A DNA stretch of 64,000 bases from Pseudomonadota bacterium. GTDB taxonomy: Bacteria; Pseudomonadota; Gammaproteobacteria; Magnimaribacterales; D2472. A model generated the notes under the pieces. That model saw nothing but the letters and a program-made list of their open reading frames with translations. It was not told where the DNA came from and did not search any database. Location: NCBI GenBank assembly GCA_028404565.1, contig JAOOBR010000002.1:25848-89847 (forward strand), in the 5' to 3' direction. This document shows positions 1-10,114 of this stretch, in pieces (within the stretch, counting starts at the first letter, position 1; each line of letters starts with the position of its first letter). The position numbers and the translations under genes were made by a program.

Positions 1-1422
<1,422 letters not shown>

Positions 1423-1423
<1 letters not shown>

Positions 1424-1836
1424 TGAGTGAATTTAAAGTCAGCATCGTTTCATCAAATGAGGAAATATTTTCAGGCACAGCTGATATGCTTTATGCAACT
1501 GGATCCCTTGGCGAGATAGGTATTGCTCCAGGCCACTCACCCCTTTTAACAGGCTTAATGCCTGGGCCAGTTAGGGTTTGTAATGAGGACAAAGAGGAAA
1601 CTTTCTTTTGCAGCGGGGGATTCATAGAAGTCCAGCCAGATGTTGTAACAGTTTTATCAGATGTTGCTGAAAGAGCTGATAGCATGGACGAAGCAAAAGC
1701 TATTGCTGCAAAAGAGCAAGCAGAAAAAGATTTAGCAGACAACAAAGATAACGTTGATTTTGCTAAAGCTGCTTCTCAACTAGCAGAGGCAGCAGCAAGA
1801 CTCAAAACTATTCAAAAACTTCGTAAAAAGATTTAG
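1423..1836 (+). CDS. atpC: ATP synthase F1 epsilon subunit
   Basis: 137 aa. Position after atpD and an AtpC-like N-terminal beta-sandwich plus C-terminal helical sequence. Confidence 0.9.
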
Positions 1837-1859
1837 CATAGGTTAAAAGACCTATTAAA

Positions 1860-3212
1860 TTGAATATTCACACAATTATTTTAGCCGGCGGTAAAGGCAC
1901 CAGAATGCTTTCACAAAAAGCGAAAGTTCTCCAGGCGCTTGGAGGAAAAACAATGCTTAATCATGTTATGACAGCCGCCAATAAAATTTCAAACAAAATT
2001 TCTGTGGTTGTCGGTTTTGATAAAGAGGGAGTTGAAGAAGAAATAAAAAAAATTGGCATTGATGCAAACACCTTTCTTCAAAAAGAACAAATTGGCACAG
2101 CTGATGCGGTAAAGGCAACATTAAAAGACATAGATAAAAATGAAAAAATCCTAATATTGTATGGGGATGTTCCATTAATTAAAGAAGAAACTCTTAAAAA
2201 ACTCTGTAATCAAGAATCTGATCTATCAATATTAACAACAAACTTAGAAAATCCAACAGGTTACGGCAGGACACTAAAAGATAAGGAAAATAATGTTCTT
2301 GGGATTATAGAAGAGAAGGACGCTGACTCAGAACAGAAGAAAATAAAAGAAATTTTCACAGGAATTTTGGTTGCGAAAGGCAGTGTTTTAAAGAAATATA
2401 TTCCAGAGATTAACAACAATAACTCAGCCAAAGAATTTTATTTAACTGACTTAATTGGCATTGCTCACAAAAATGGGTTTAAAATTAATACATTAAGCTC
2501 TTCAAATGAAGAGACAGCTGGAGCAAATAGTCGCTTAGAACAAGAGGAGCTAGAAAAGACTTTAAGAAAAATGAAATCAGAAGATTTATTAAAAAATGGA
2601 GCAACACTTTTAGATAAAAGCAGGGTTGATGTTCGTGGAGAGGTTAAAACGGGATCTGATTGCGTGATAGACATTAATGTAATTTTTGAAGGACATGTGG
2701 AGCTTGGAAACAATGTTGAAATTGGAGCTAATACTATAATTTGCAACACAAAAATTGGTGATGATACAAAAATACTGCCGTTTTCACACATTGATGCATC
2801 CGAGATAGGAGCAAGGTGCTCAATAGGTCCATATGCAAGATTAAGAGAGGGAAGCGTAATAATGGATGGCGCAAGAATAGGTAATTTTGTTGAAACAAAA
2901 AAGACAAGTCTAGGAAGAGATTCAAAAGCAAATCATTTTACTTACCTTGGGGACGCTGAAGTTGGAGACGAGGTTAATATCGGAGCAGGAACCATAACCT
3001 GCAATTACGATGGAAAAGATAAACACAAAACAAACATCGGCGACAATTCTTTTGTTGGCACGAACTCATCCCTAGTTGCCCCAGTAACTATTGGGAAAAA
3101 TGCATATGTGGGAGCAGGATCAACTATTACAAAAGATATACCTGACAATGCTTTAGGTGTTGGAAGAGGTAAACAAAAGAATAAAGAGAACTGGTCAAAA
3201 TCTAAGAAATAA
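1860..3212 (+). CDS. glmU: Bifunctional UDP-N-acetylglucosamine pyrophosphorylase / glucosamine-1-phosphate N-acetyltransferase
   Basis: 450 aa with a TTG start. N-terminal LAGGKGTRM nucleotidyltransferase motif and C-terminal hexapeptide repeats. Conserved atp-glmU-glmS order. Confidence 0.93.
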   Translation: MNIHTIILAGGKGTRMLSQKAKVLQALGGKTMLNHVMTAANKISNKISVVVGFDKEGVEEEIKKIGIDANTFLQKEQIGTADAVKATLKDIDKNEKILILYGDVPLIKEETLKKLCNQESDLSILTTNLENPTGYGRTLKDKENNVLGIIEEKDADSEQKKIKEIFTGILVAKGSVLKKYIPEINNNNSAKEFYLTDLIGIAHKNGFKINTLSSSNEETAGANSRLEQEELEKTLRKMKSEDLLKNGATLLDKSRVDVRGEVKTGSDCVIDINVIFEGHVELGNNVEIGANTIICNTKIGDDTKILPFSHIDASEIGARCSIGPYARLREGSVIMDGARIGNFVETKKTSLGRDSKANHFTYLGDAEVGDEVNIGAGTITCNYDGKDKHKTNIGDNSFVGTNSSLVAPVTIGKNAYVGAGSTITKDIPDNALGVGRGKQKNKENWSKSKK

Positions 3213-3214
3213 AT

Positions 3215-5041
3215 ATGTGTGGGATCATTGGAGCAACCTCATCGAGGAGTGTAGGCAAAATCTTAATAAAAGGTCTTCATGCTATGGAATATAGAGGTTA
3301 TGACTCAGCAGGCGTTGCTCTCAACCAAGACAATGAAGTTTTCAGACTTAGATCACTAGGAAAGGTTTCAGCCCTTGAAGAGCTAATGGTAAACAATAAA
3401 CCAAAAGCAAATTCTGGAATAGCTCATACAAGATGGGCAACTCACGGGGCCCCATCAGAGGAAAATGCTCACCCTCATGGCTCACATGATGAAATCTACA
3501 TTGTTCATAATGGAATAATAGAAAACCATGACGAAATTAGAGATGAACTCAAAAGCAAAGGTTATGACATTGCTTCTGAAACTGATTCCGAGCTTATAGC
3601 TCATTTAATCCACTTAAATAAAACAGACTCACTATCAACTCTTGAGGCTTTAATAAATGCAACCAAAGAACTTAAAGGAGCTTTTTCAATAGCTGCCATA
3701 TCTTCAAAAGAAAAAGGCAAAATATATGCAGCTAAACAAAAGAGCCCACTACTGATTGGAAAAGGCATCGAAGAAAACTTTATTGCATCAGACCCATTAG
3801 CGATTGCCAACATAACCGAAAAGTTTTATCTACTGGAGGATGGAGACTTTGCAGAAATTACAGAAAATGACATTAAAATTTTTAACATTAATGGTGAGCC
3901 TGTTCAGAGAGAAGAGACAAAAATAGACGCAACACCAACATCAACAAGCAAAGGCAACTACTCACACTTTATGGAAAAAGAGATTTATGAGCAACCAGAT
4001 GCACTAGGAAATACCATATACGGCAGGCTTGGTGAAAATGATGTGTTGGATAACATTTTTGGTTTGGGTTCCAGCGATGCATTCAAAGGTGTAAAAAGGA
4101 TTCAGTTTGTAGCATGTGGCACCAGTCTTCATGCAGCAAAAACTGCCAGAAAGTGGTTTGAGGAAATATGTGAGATTCCTTGCTATATAGATTTTGCAAG
4201 TGAGTACAGATATAGGAATCCGATCGTTGAAGACAACACCCTTTTTGTAACAATATCTCAGTCTGGAGAGACAGCTGATACACTGGCTGCTTTAGAATAC
4301 GCACGAGCTGAAAAATATGTTGGTATTGTGACAATATGCAATGTTCCAACAAGCACCATGGCACGAGAAGCTGATTGGAAGATATTCACCAATGCAGGAC
4401 CCGAAATAGGAGTTGCATCAACTAAAGCTTTTACCACTCAATTAGCTGCTTTGCTGATGCTGGCTCTTTCAATTGCGAAAAGCCAAGATAAAAATACTGA
4501 TAAAAGAAAACAAGCAACACAGGAATTAAGAGAAACCCCATCATTAGTTGATCAAGCTTTTAATTTGAAGGAAAACATTTCTCAAATTACACAAAATATT
4601 TCTACTAAGCACAACGCATTGTTTTTAGGTAGAGGAATGTATTTCTCTATCGCACAAGAGGGAGCACTTAAATTAAAAGAAATATCATATATTCACGCTG
4701 AAGCATATCCAGCAGGAGAGCTGAAGCACGGACCCCTTGCTTTGGTTGATGAACAAATTCCAGTTATTGCTCTTGCTCCTGAGGATAGCCTAGTCGAGAA
4801 ACTTTTATCAAACCTCGAGGAGGTAAAAGCTAGGGGGGGTACACTATATGTTTTCGGAAATGCCAACTCAACTATCCAGATAAGCAAGGGAAGATTCATA
4901 AATATGCCTAATTGCGGGGATTACAATGCACCAATTATTTATACCATACCGCTTCAAATACTAGCCTATGAGGTAGCTTGTCTAAGAGGCACAGACGTAG
5001 ACCAGCCAAGAAATTTAGCTAAGTCAGTTACAGTGGAGTAG
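3215..5041 (+). CDS. glmS: Glutamine--fructose-6-phosphate aminotransferase
   Basis: 608 aa. N-terminal MCGI nucleophile, two SIS domains, C-terminal ...KSVTVE. Confidence 0.97.
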   Translation: MCGIIGATSSRSVGKILIKGLHAMEYRGYDSAGVALNQDNEVFRLRSLGKVSALEELMVNNKPKANSGIAHTRWATHGAPSEENAHPHGSHDEIYIVHNGIIENHDEIRDELKSKGYDIASETDSELIAHLIHLNKTDSLSTLEALINATKELKGAFSIAAISSKEKGKIYAAKQKSPLLIGKGIEENFIASDPLAIANITEKFYLLEDGDFAEITENDIKIFNINGEPVQREETKIDATPTSTSKGNYSHFMEKEIYEQPDALGNTIYGRLGENDVLDNIFGLGSSDAFKGVKRIQFVACGTSLHAAKTARKWFEEICEIPCYIDFASEYRYRNPIVEDNTLFVTISQSGETADTLAALEYARAEKYVGIVTICNVPTSTMAREADWKIFTNAGPEIGVASTKAFTTQLAALLMLALSIAKSQDKNTDKRKQATQELRETPSLVDQAFNLKENISQITQNISTKHNALFLGRGMYFSIAQEGALKLKEISYIHAEAYPAGELKHGPLALVDEQIPVIALAPEDSLVEKLLSNLEEVKARGGTLYVFGNANSTIQISKGRFINMPNCGDYNAPIIYTIPLQILAYEVACLRGTDVDQPRNLAKSVTVE

Positions 5042-5239
5042 TCTTAACCCACCCTTTATTTTTACCCACATTCTGCATGGGTTTTAAAAATCATTAAAAA
5101 TTAACCTCGGCAAAAATTACCCTAAAAATTTCACCTATTTTTTCGTGTTAGCAGAAGTTATAAGAGGTTGATATGACTGGTTGCGATCTCTTATGTGTAT
5201 TGATAAGACATTCATAAGGAGTTATGGCAGAATATTTTT

Positions 5240-5773
5240 ATGAAAAAATTAATAATATTTTTGCTATTACCAATTTCTATAAATGTTTCAGCAATTGATG
5301 GACTTTTGCTTGAATGCAAAAAAGACAACACCACAACCCATTTCTTTGAATTCAATATCCCAATAAGACAAAAAATTGCCCAATTTCTTGACCCTGATGG
5401 ATATGAAACACCAGTTCAAGTAAAAGTAACAACTGAGAATTATTTAAATCTTTCATGGGATGGTGATTATTACTACTTCAATAAAAATAAAATTTGGAGA
5501 TATGAAAATACATTCCCCCCAAGAACTGGTGAATGGATGATTGATAGAAAAACCGGAGAAATGAAAAGAGATATAAGGGAGTGTGAGAATTTATCAGATG
5601 CAGAGAGATTTATTGGCAGTGCAAGAGATGACCACCCTTGCCACCCAAACATGAGAAGAAAAAATTTAAAAGATGAACATTTAGGATATTGCGAAAAGAT
5701 TACCAAGAACAAATTTGAATTAGGGAAGAAAAAATTGTACAGACCCACTGCAAAGAAAAAAAATAAGTTTTAA
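5240..5773 (+). CDS. Hypothetical secreted protein with a Lys-rich C-terminus
   Basis: 177 aa. Signal-peptide-like MKKLIIFLLLPISINVSA. No family recognised. Confidence 0.55.
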   Translation: MKKLIIFLLLPISINVSAIDGLLLECKKDNTTTHFFEFNIPIRQKIAQFLDPDGYETPVQVKVTTENYLNLSWDGDYYYFNKNKIWRYENTFPPRTGEWMIDRKTGEMKRDIRECENLSDAERFIGSARDDHPCHPNMRRKNLKDEHLGYCEKITKNKFELGKKKLYRPTAKKKNKF

Positions 5774-5887
5774 TTAATTCATGGGCAATTTATGCAAGCA
5801 AACCCCAATACTTTTTAACTCTGCAGAAATTGCAGAGAATATAGGTTGGGTTAAGAACACTCTGCTAAGGCAGATTAATCTTAAACA

Positions 5888-6331
5888 GTGATTTTTGAAG
5901 ATTTCCTTACTCTAAAAGGCAAAGACTTTAAAGGAAGATCTCTTGAGGATATTTGGTCCTTTTCAGATGAAGAAATAGAAAACTATCACGACTTTATTCA
6001 AGTAGTTTTTCCATTAAACAAAGCCAGTCAAGCAGTTTTTCATGGACACTTTTTAGACAGCACAGAACTAGTGCAACAGATTAGAAACAACAAAGAGGCA
6101 ACTAACAATATTATCAAATCTTCTCATTGGTTTATTTCTTTCCTTAAAAGAAATATGTATTGGAATGCCCACTCTAATCACAATCAATGGAGAATAACTA
6201 GAGTTATAGAGTGCTTAAGACTACTGGTCTCTGATGAAGAGGCAGATAATTTTTACAAAAATGTTTTAGAATTACTCAAAGACAACAATCTAGTAAATAA
6301 GAGAACATTAGATTTTTGGAAAAATGCTTAG
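5888..6331 (+). CDS. Opioid growth factor receptor (OGFr) N-terminal-domain-like protein
   Basis: 147 aa with a GTG start. HDFIQVVFPL and SNHNQWRITRVIECLRLL line up with the human OGFr conserved region (H-YIQWLFPL, SHNNLRITRILKSLGELG). Confidence 0.7.
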   Translation: MIFEDFLTLKGKDFKGRSLEDIWSFSDEEIENYHDFIQVVFPLNKASQAVFHGHFLDSTELVQQIRNNKEATNNIIKSSHWFISFLKRNMYWNAHSNHNQWRITRVIECLRLLVSDEEADNFYKNVLELLKDNNLVNKRTLDFWKNA

Positions 6332-6355
6332 AACTAAAAGGAGTGATTTCAGACT

Positions 6356-6601
6356 ATGAACACCAAAATACACAATCTAATAATAGCCATACTTTTGATA
6401 ATTATTGCAGCGATGACATGGAAAATATATGAACTTAAAAAGTTCTCGAAAGAACTAGAGCAGTTTTCAATAAAAAATGGTGTCAACTGCATTGAGAACT
6501 CAAAAACAATGACACAAGAAGAGATTGAATATTGTTTGCCTGTTATGGAGTTGCTAGGGTTTAAATATAACCCCAAAACTGAGGAAACAGCAGATGAATA
6601 A
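6356..6601 (+). CDS. Small single-pass membrane protein, hypothetical
   Basis: 81 aa with one N-terminal TM helix. Its end overlaps the next ORF start. The antisense ORF 6349-6735 has junk-like composition. Confidence 0.5.
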   Translation: MNTKIHNLIIAILLIIIAAMTWKIYELKKFSKELEQFSIKNGVNCIENSKTMTQEEIEYCLPVMELLGFKYNPKTEETADE

Positions 6602-6764
6602 AAAAGACTACATCTACTTAGGAATAATATTTGTATTAGTTTTGGTTTTGGGTGCAGTGAGCTATAAATACAAAGATCAATCCACCAAACAAATGAATAA
6701 ATGCTATCAAATGTTTGAGCAATTTTCAGATGCAATTAAACAAAAAGCTAAAGATGCAGAATGA
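6594..6764 (+). CDS. Small single-pass membrane protein, hypothetical (not in the supplied ORF track)
   Basis: Hand translation gives MNKKDYIYLGIIFVLVLVLGAVSYKYKDQSTKQMNKCYQMFEQFSDAIKQKAKDAE (56 aa). The start overlaps the upstream stop, and the TGA stop overlaps the ATG of the next gene (ATGA). Confidence 0.4.
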   Translation: MNKKDYIYLGIIFVLVLVLGAVSYKYKDQSTKQMNKCYQMFEQFSDAIKQKAKDAE

Positions 6765-7153
6765 GCGAACTAAATAAACAAAACAAGATAATTACTTATA
6801 TTTTTGAATTGGGACTCATTAAAAGCGTAAACGAGACCAGACAATTTATGAGAGAAAATTCTTCTCCCTATGTATTTAATTGCTCAGAACCTAAAACTAT
6901 AAGATTTGAATGGTTTCTATCCGAAGATGAAAAGTCAGCAACATTAATAGAAATGTTTGAAGATAGCGATGCTGCCAAATTAAGATTAGAAAATCACTCC
7001 GAAAGCCATCTTGTTAAAGAGTTTCCTGAATATTTTGAAATTAATAGCTTTATTGTTTTGGGTGACATTAAATCTGACATGAAGGATAAATTAGCTGATT
7101 GGAATGCAGATTTAAGAGGAAATGTAGGTGGTTTTTTTAAAGGATTAGACTAA
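6761..7153 (+). CDS. Hypothetical protein (possibly a small alpha+beta barrel, ABM-like)
   Basis: 130 aa with coding-like composition, translationally coupled to the upstream mini-genes. The family assignment is only a guess. Confidence 0.5.
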   Translation: MSELNKQNKIITYIFELGLIKSVNETRQFMRENSSPYVFNCSEPKTIRFEWFLSEDEKSATLIEMFEDSDAAKLRLENHSESHLVKEFPEYFEINSFIVLGDIKSDMKDKLADWNADLRGNVGGFFKGLD

Positions 7154-7187
7154 TAATGAGAAACCTTGCTACGGACACTCTATTAAA

Positions 7188-7475
7188 ATGGAAATAAACT
7201 GGGTTGCAGTTGGTTGGATTATAGACATGATTTTAAATGGAACTGCCTGGCTTATCATTGCAGGATTTGCTTTGATATTAATTGATATGACTGACACATG
7301 GACAAGAAAAGCCATTAAATGGATGGATAAAGCTGATAAGTGGATAAGAAAACAGATAGATAGCCTTTTTGAATGGATTCAAAAAAATAATCTCAAAATA
7401 CTATCTTGCATCATATTATTAGTTATTTTTGGTATTCTTGCTCAGCTGGGAGTAATACCTAAGCTGATAACCTAA
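7188..7475 (+). CDS. Hypothetical membrane protein
   Basis: 95 aa with two hydrophobic segments flanking a charged Trp/Lys-rich loop. Confidence 0.5.
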   Translation: MEINWVAVGWIIDMILNGTAWLIIAGFALILIDMTDTWTRKAIKWMDKADKWIRKQIDSLFEWIQKNNLKILSCIILLVIFGILAQLGVIPKLIT

Positions 7476-7507
7476 AAATAAAAGATATAAAACAATAAAA
7501 GCTATAT

Positions 7508-7978
7508 ATGAAAAAATTAACAGTAATAAGCTTAATATTTATCTCTACCATTAATGCTGGCGAGCAAAGAGAAATCAATGAATTGATGGATGGCCTTCAC
7601 GAAGATGCACATAAAGGCAATTTTGAGACTTATTTTGATCGTTATGCTTCAGATGCCGTTTTCTTAGGAACAGACAAAACTGAACGCTGGACTATACAAG
7701 AATTTAAATCTTATGCTAAACCAGCTTTTGCAGATGGACATGGCTGGACATACAAAGTCATCGAGCGAAACTGGGAAGGAGATGGCGATACACGCTGGTT
7801 TGATGAAATTCTTTTTAATAAGAAGTTAGGACATTGCAGGGGTACTGGAGTCGTTCAACTAATTAATAATGAATGGAAGATTTCCCACTATGCTCTAACT
7901 ATGCTTGTCCCGAACTCTATTGCAACTGATATAGGTATACAAACTCAACAGGCAGACTCATCCCAGCTTAATAATTAG
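7508..7978 (+). CDS. NTF2-like (SnoaL/DUF4440-type) protein, secreted
   Basis: 156 aa with a signal peptide, then sequence typical of nuclear transport factor 2 family proteins (...YFDRYASDAVFLGTD...WKISHYALT). Confidence 0.6.
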   Translation: MKKLTVISLIFISTINAGEQREINELMDGLHEDAHKGNFETYFDRYASDAVFLGTDKTERWTIQEFKSYAKPAFADGHGWTYKVIERNWEGDGDTRWFDEILFNKKLGHCRGTGVVQLINNEWKISHYALTMLVPNSIATDIGIQTQQADSSQLNN

Positions 7979-8131
7979 TGAAAGAGTTTAGGAATCTAAT
8001 TATCTTAAGTCCCCTAATTTATGTTATCCATCTTTCATATCTGAATAACTAAATTAGAACTATAAGGTTCATAATTAAGACATTTTCCATCACTTGTGGC
8101 AAAATAATTATTTTTAATAGAGGAGTTTCTT

Positions 8132-8482
8132 ATGGAAGAAAAAGTATATTACGCTGCAATGTTCAGAAGCAGGCCTTTCACTTTTATAATATTGGCAGTA
8201 ACAATGGTGATGCCACTTTATTGGTATTTGTTGTCTAGATCTGAAAAGTTAACTATCGCAAATGGAAGAATAACTTATTCACACGGGCTATTAAGCAAAA
8301 ACGATACAGAGTGTGATCTTTCCAGAGTTTCATCTGTTCAAGTTAAGCAGTCTTTAGGACAAAGAATTATGGGTGCTGGCGACATAATAGTTAATACTGC
8401 TGGAGATGTTCCTGAAATTGAAGCAATTGGGTTTGTTAACCCTAATGAAATTAAGAAGGCAATAGACGCACAAAGATCTTAA
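8132..8482 (+). CDS. Membrane-anchored bacterial PH-domain (bPH_2/YdbS-like) protein
   Basis: 116 aa. N-terminal TM hairpin followed by ...QSLGQRIMGAGDIIVNTAG..., as in DUF304/bPH_2 proteins. Confidence 0.55.
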   Translation: MEEKVYYAAMFRSRPFTFIILAVTMVMPLYWYLLSRSEKLTIANGRITYSHGLLSKNDTECDLSRVSSVQVKQSLGQRIMGAGDIIVNTAGDVPEIEAIGFVNPNEIKKAIDAQRS

Positions 8483-8483
8483 T

Positions 8484-8798
8484 TTGAAAAAATCATTTAA
8501 AGACATTGTCTTTTCTGATTCAGACCAAATAAGCGCCATTAAAGGGTGCTTATTTGTTCTATTAACACAATTCATTTTACTAATTTTCACTATCGCATTT
8601 ATTTTTTTAATTTTTAATAGTTCTGGCTTTATAAGATCTTTTGCAATTGCAGCAACTATTACAAACGCTTGTTACCACGTGGTTGCCCTTTTTAATGGCA
8701 TCGATGACTTTGGGGAGTATGCGGCAATAAGGGGAGTAATAATTTGGTACGCTCTATCAGTATCATTTATTACATTTTTGATTGAAACAATCTTCTAA
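8484..8798 (+). CDS. Hypothetical membrane protein
   Basis: 104 aa with a TTG start one nt after the upstream stop. Three predicted TM segments. Confidence 0.45.
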   Translation: MKKSFKDIVFSDSDQISAIKGCLFVLLTQFILLIFTIAFIFLIFNSSGFIRSFAIAATITNACYHVVALFNGIDDFGEYAAIRGVIIWYALSVSFITFLIETIF

Positions 8799-8825
8799 AC
8801 AAATATAACTTAGTTAGTTTATAAT

Positions 8826-8879
8826 ATGGCCATGTGTGATTGTTGCGATTGCTGCGAGTGCTCCTGCTGCTCAAAGTAG
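8826..8879 (+). CDS. Cysteine-rich micropeptide (17 aa, 8 Cys), candidate metal-binding peptide or peptide precursor (not in the ORF track)
   Basis: Hand translation gives MAMCDCCDCCECSCCSK then TAG. It is a locally GC-rich patch in an otherwise AT-rich spacer and ends 12 nt before the beta-helix gene start. Three imperfect 9-nt repeats encode (D/E)-C-(C/S). No obvious SD. Confidence 0.45.
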   Translation: MAMCDCCDCCECSCCSK

Positions 8880-8891
8880 AAATTTAAAAAA

Positions 8892-10109
8892 ATGAAAAGA
8901 ATTCTCTTCTTTTCTATTCCTTTATTAGCTTCCCTTAACCTTTTTGCTAAAGAGGTTTATATAGAGCCTGGTCCCAATGCTCAAGAAAGACTACAGGAAG
9001 CATTAATTCTGATGGAAGAAGGCGATACTTTAATAATTAAAAGTGGTTATTATAAATTTGAGGATGGATTATCCCTCGATGTAGATGATGTAATTGTCAA
9101 AGGTGAGGGTATCGATAGCACAATCCTAGATTTTAAAAATCAACAATCTGGTGCACAAGGCCTATTAGTAACATCCGACAGAGTTACTATCAGTGATTTC
9201 TCAATACTTGATGCAAAAGGAGATGCTCTCAAAATAATAGGAGCCAAAGGTATCAACATGATAAACCTTAAAACTGAGTGGACAGGCGGACCTAAAAGCA
9301 CAAATGGTGCATATGGGTTTTACCCAGTTGAATCAGAAGATGTTCTAATTGATGGTTGTGTGGCTATTGGAGCCTCAGATGCTGGTATATATGTTGGCCA
9401 ATCAAAAAATATCATTGTTAGAAACAGTATTGCTCAATATAACGTGGCAGGTATTGAAATTGAAAACTCATATTATGCAGATGTATATAACAACTTAGCT
9501 TCTCATAACACCGGGGGCATCTTAGTTTTTGATCTACCAGACTTACCCCAGCAAGGCGGACACCATATAAGAGTCTTTAATAATAAATCTATTGATAACG
9601 ATACAGACAACTTTGCGCCTGAAGGAAACATTGTTGGCGAGGTCCCAAGAGGAACGGGTATTATCGTCATGGCAAATTCAGATGTTGAGATCTTTGATAA
9701 TCTTATGAGTGGAAATGGCACGGTAAACCTTTCAATTGTCTCTTATGGAGATGAGACAGATGACCCTAACTATTATCCTCATCCGAAAAACATTCAGGTT
9801 CATGGGAATACTTATGGGCCCAGTGGTTTTGATCCAGATATTGAAACAGGAGACTTAGCAAAAGCATTGTTTGAAATAAGTGGTGGAAATATGCCAGACA
9901 TATTCTGGGACGGTATCGTTCCTCTGTCACAAATAATATTTGGTCAACCAGATGACGAGAAGCTTGTTATTGCTGAGGAAGATGCAAGTTTTTTAACAAT
10001 TAAGCCAATCAAATACATGCTTGGGTTCTCTGATCCAACAAATACAAACAAAGATGACTTTAAAGGAGAGATATCTCCTCTTAAAGAGATAAATTTAAAA
10101 ACATTTTAA
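8892..10109 (+). CDS. Periplasmic right-handed parallel beta-helix repeat protein (NosD-like fold)
   Basis: 405 aa with a signal peptide. Repeated G-x-x-I/V ... N beta-helix turns (ASDAGIYVGQSKN, NVAGIEIENS, NTGGILVF). Recalled to pair with an SO_2930-type diheme cytochrome. Confidence 0.7.
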   Translation: MKRILFFSIPLLASLNLFAKEVYIEPGPNAQERLQEALILMEEGDTLIIKSGYYKFEDGLSLDVDDVIVKGEGIDSTILDFKNQQSGAQGLLVTSDRVTISDFSILDAKGDALKIIGAKGINMINLKTEWTGGPKSTNGAYGFYPVESEDVLIDGCVAIGASDAGIYVGQSKNIIVRNSIAQYNVAGIEIENSYYADVYNNLASHNTGGILVFDLPDLPQQGGHHIRVFNNKSIDNDTDNFAPEGNIVGEVPRGTGIIVMANSDVEIFDNLMSGNGTVNLSIVSYGDETDDPNYYPHPKNIQVHGNTYGPSGFDPDIETGDLAKALFEISGGNMPDIFWDGIVPLSQIIFGQPDDEKLVIAEEDASFLTIKPIKYMLGFSDPTNTNKDDFKGEISPLKEINLKTF

Positions 10110-10114
10110 TAAAA

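Noticed and set aside
1838-1855. A hairpin ATAGGT-TAAAAG-ACCTAT between atpC and glmU as a terminator.
   Set aside because: It has no U-tract, the stem is AT-rich and weak, and glmU starts 5 nt later. It is at most a processing or attenuation element and cannot be supported from sequence alone.
5061-5085. Possible Tn7-like end (ACCCACA, the reverse complement of TGTGGGT) about 25-30 nt downstream of the glmS stop, at the canonical attTn7 distance.
   Set aside because: The orientation is wrong: it would terminate an element lying over glmS itself. There are no TnsB-type repeated binding sites, no matching opposite end, and no tns genes. It more likely belongs to a weak hairpin (ACCCA-N9-TGGGT followed by TTT) after glmS.
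5173-5217. A 14-aa upstream ORF (MTGCDLLCVLIRHS) with a good AAGAGG RBS in the glmS-downstream spacer, and phased A5 tracts at 5086-5128.
   Set aside because: There is no supporting feature: no conservation can be assessed, and no structure is coupled to it. The A-tract spacing is irregular (10, 16 and 12 nt). Both observations are compatible with chance in AT-rich DNA.
6349-6735. Long antisense ORFs from the track: 6349-6735 (-), 14849-15277 (-), 17318-17857 (+), 28995-29381 (-), 41664-41981 (-), 1491-1745 (-), and others.
   Set aside because: All lie entirely opposite well-supported genes. Their low-complexity Ser/Pro/Cys/Phe-rich translations are typical of shadow ORFs in AT-rich genomes, and they have no recognisable motifs.
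8826-8879. The Cys-rich ORF as a transcription-attenuation leader peptide sensing Cys-tRNA charging.
   Set aside because: Only 12 nt separate its stop from the next start, so there is no space for alternative terminator and antiterminator hairpins. The downstream genes are not cysteine biosynthesis genes.
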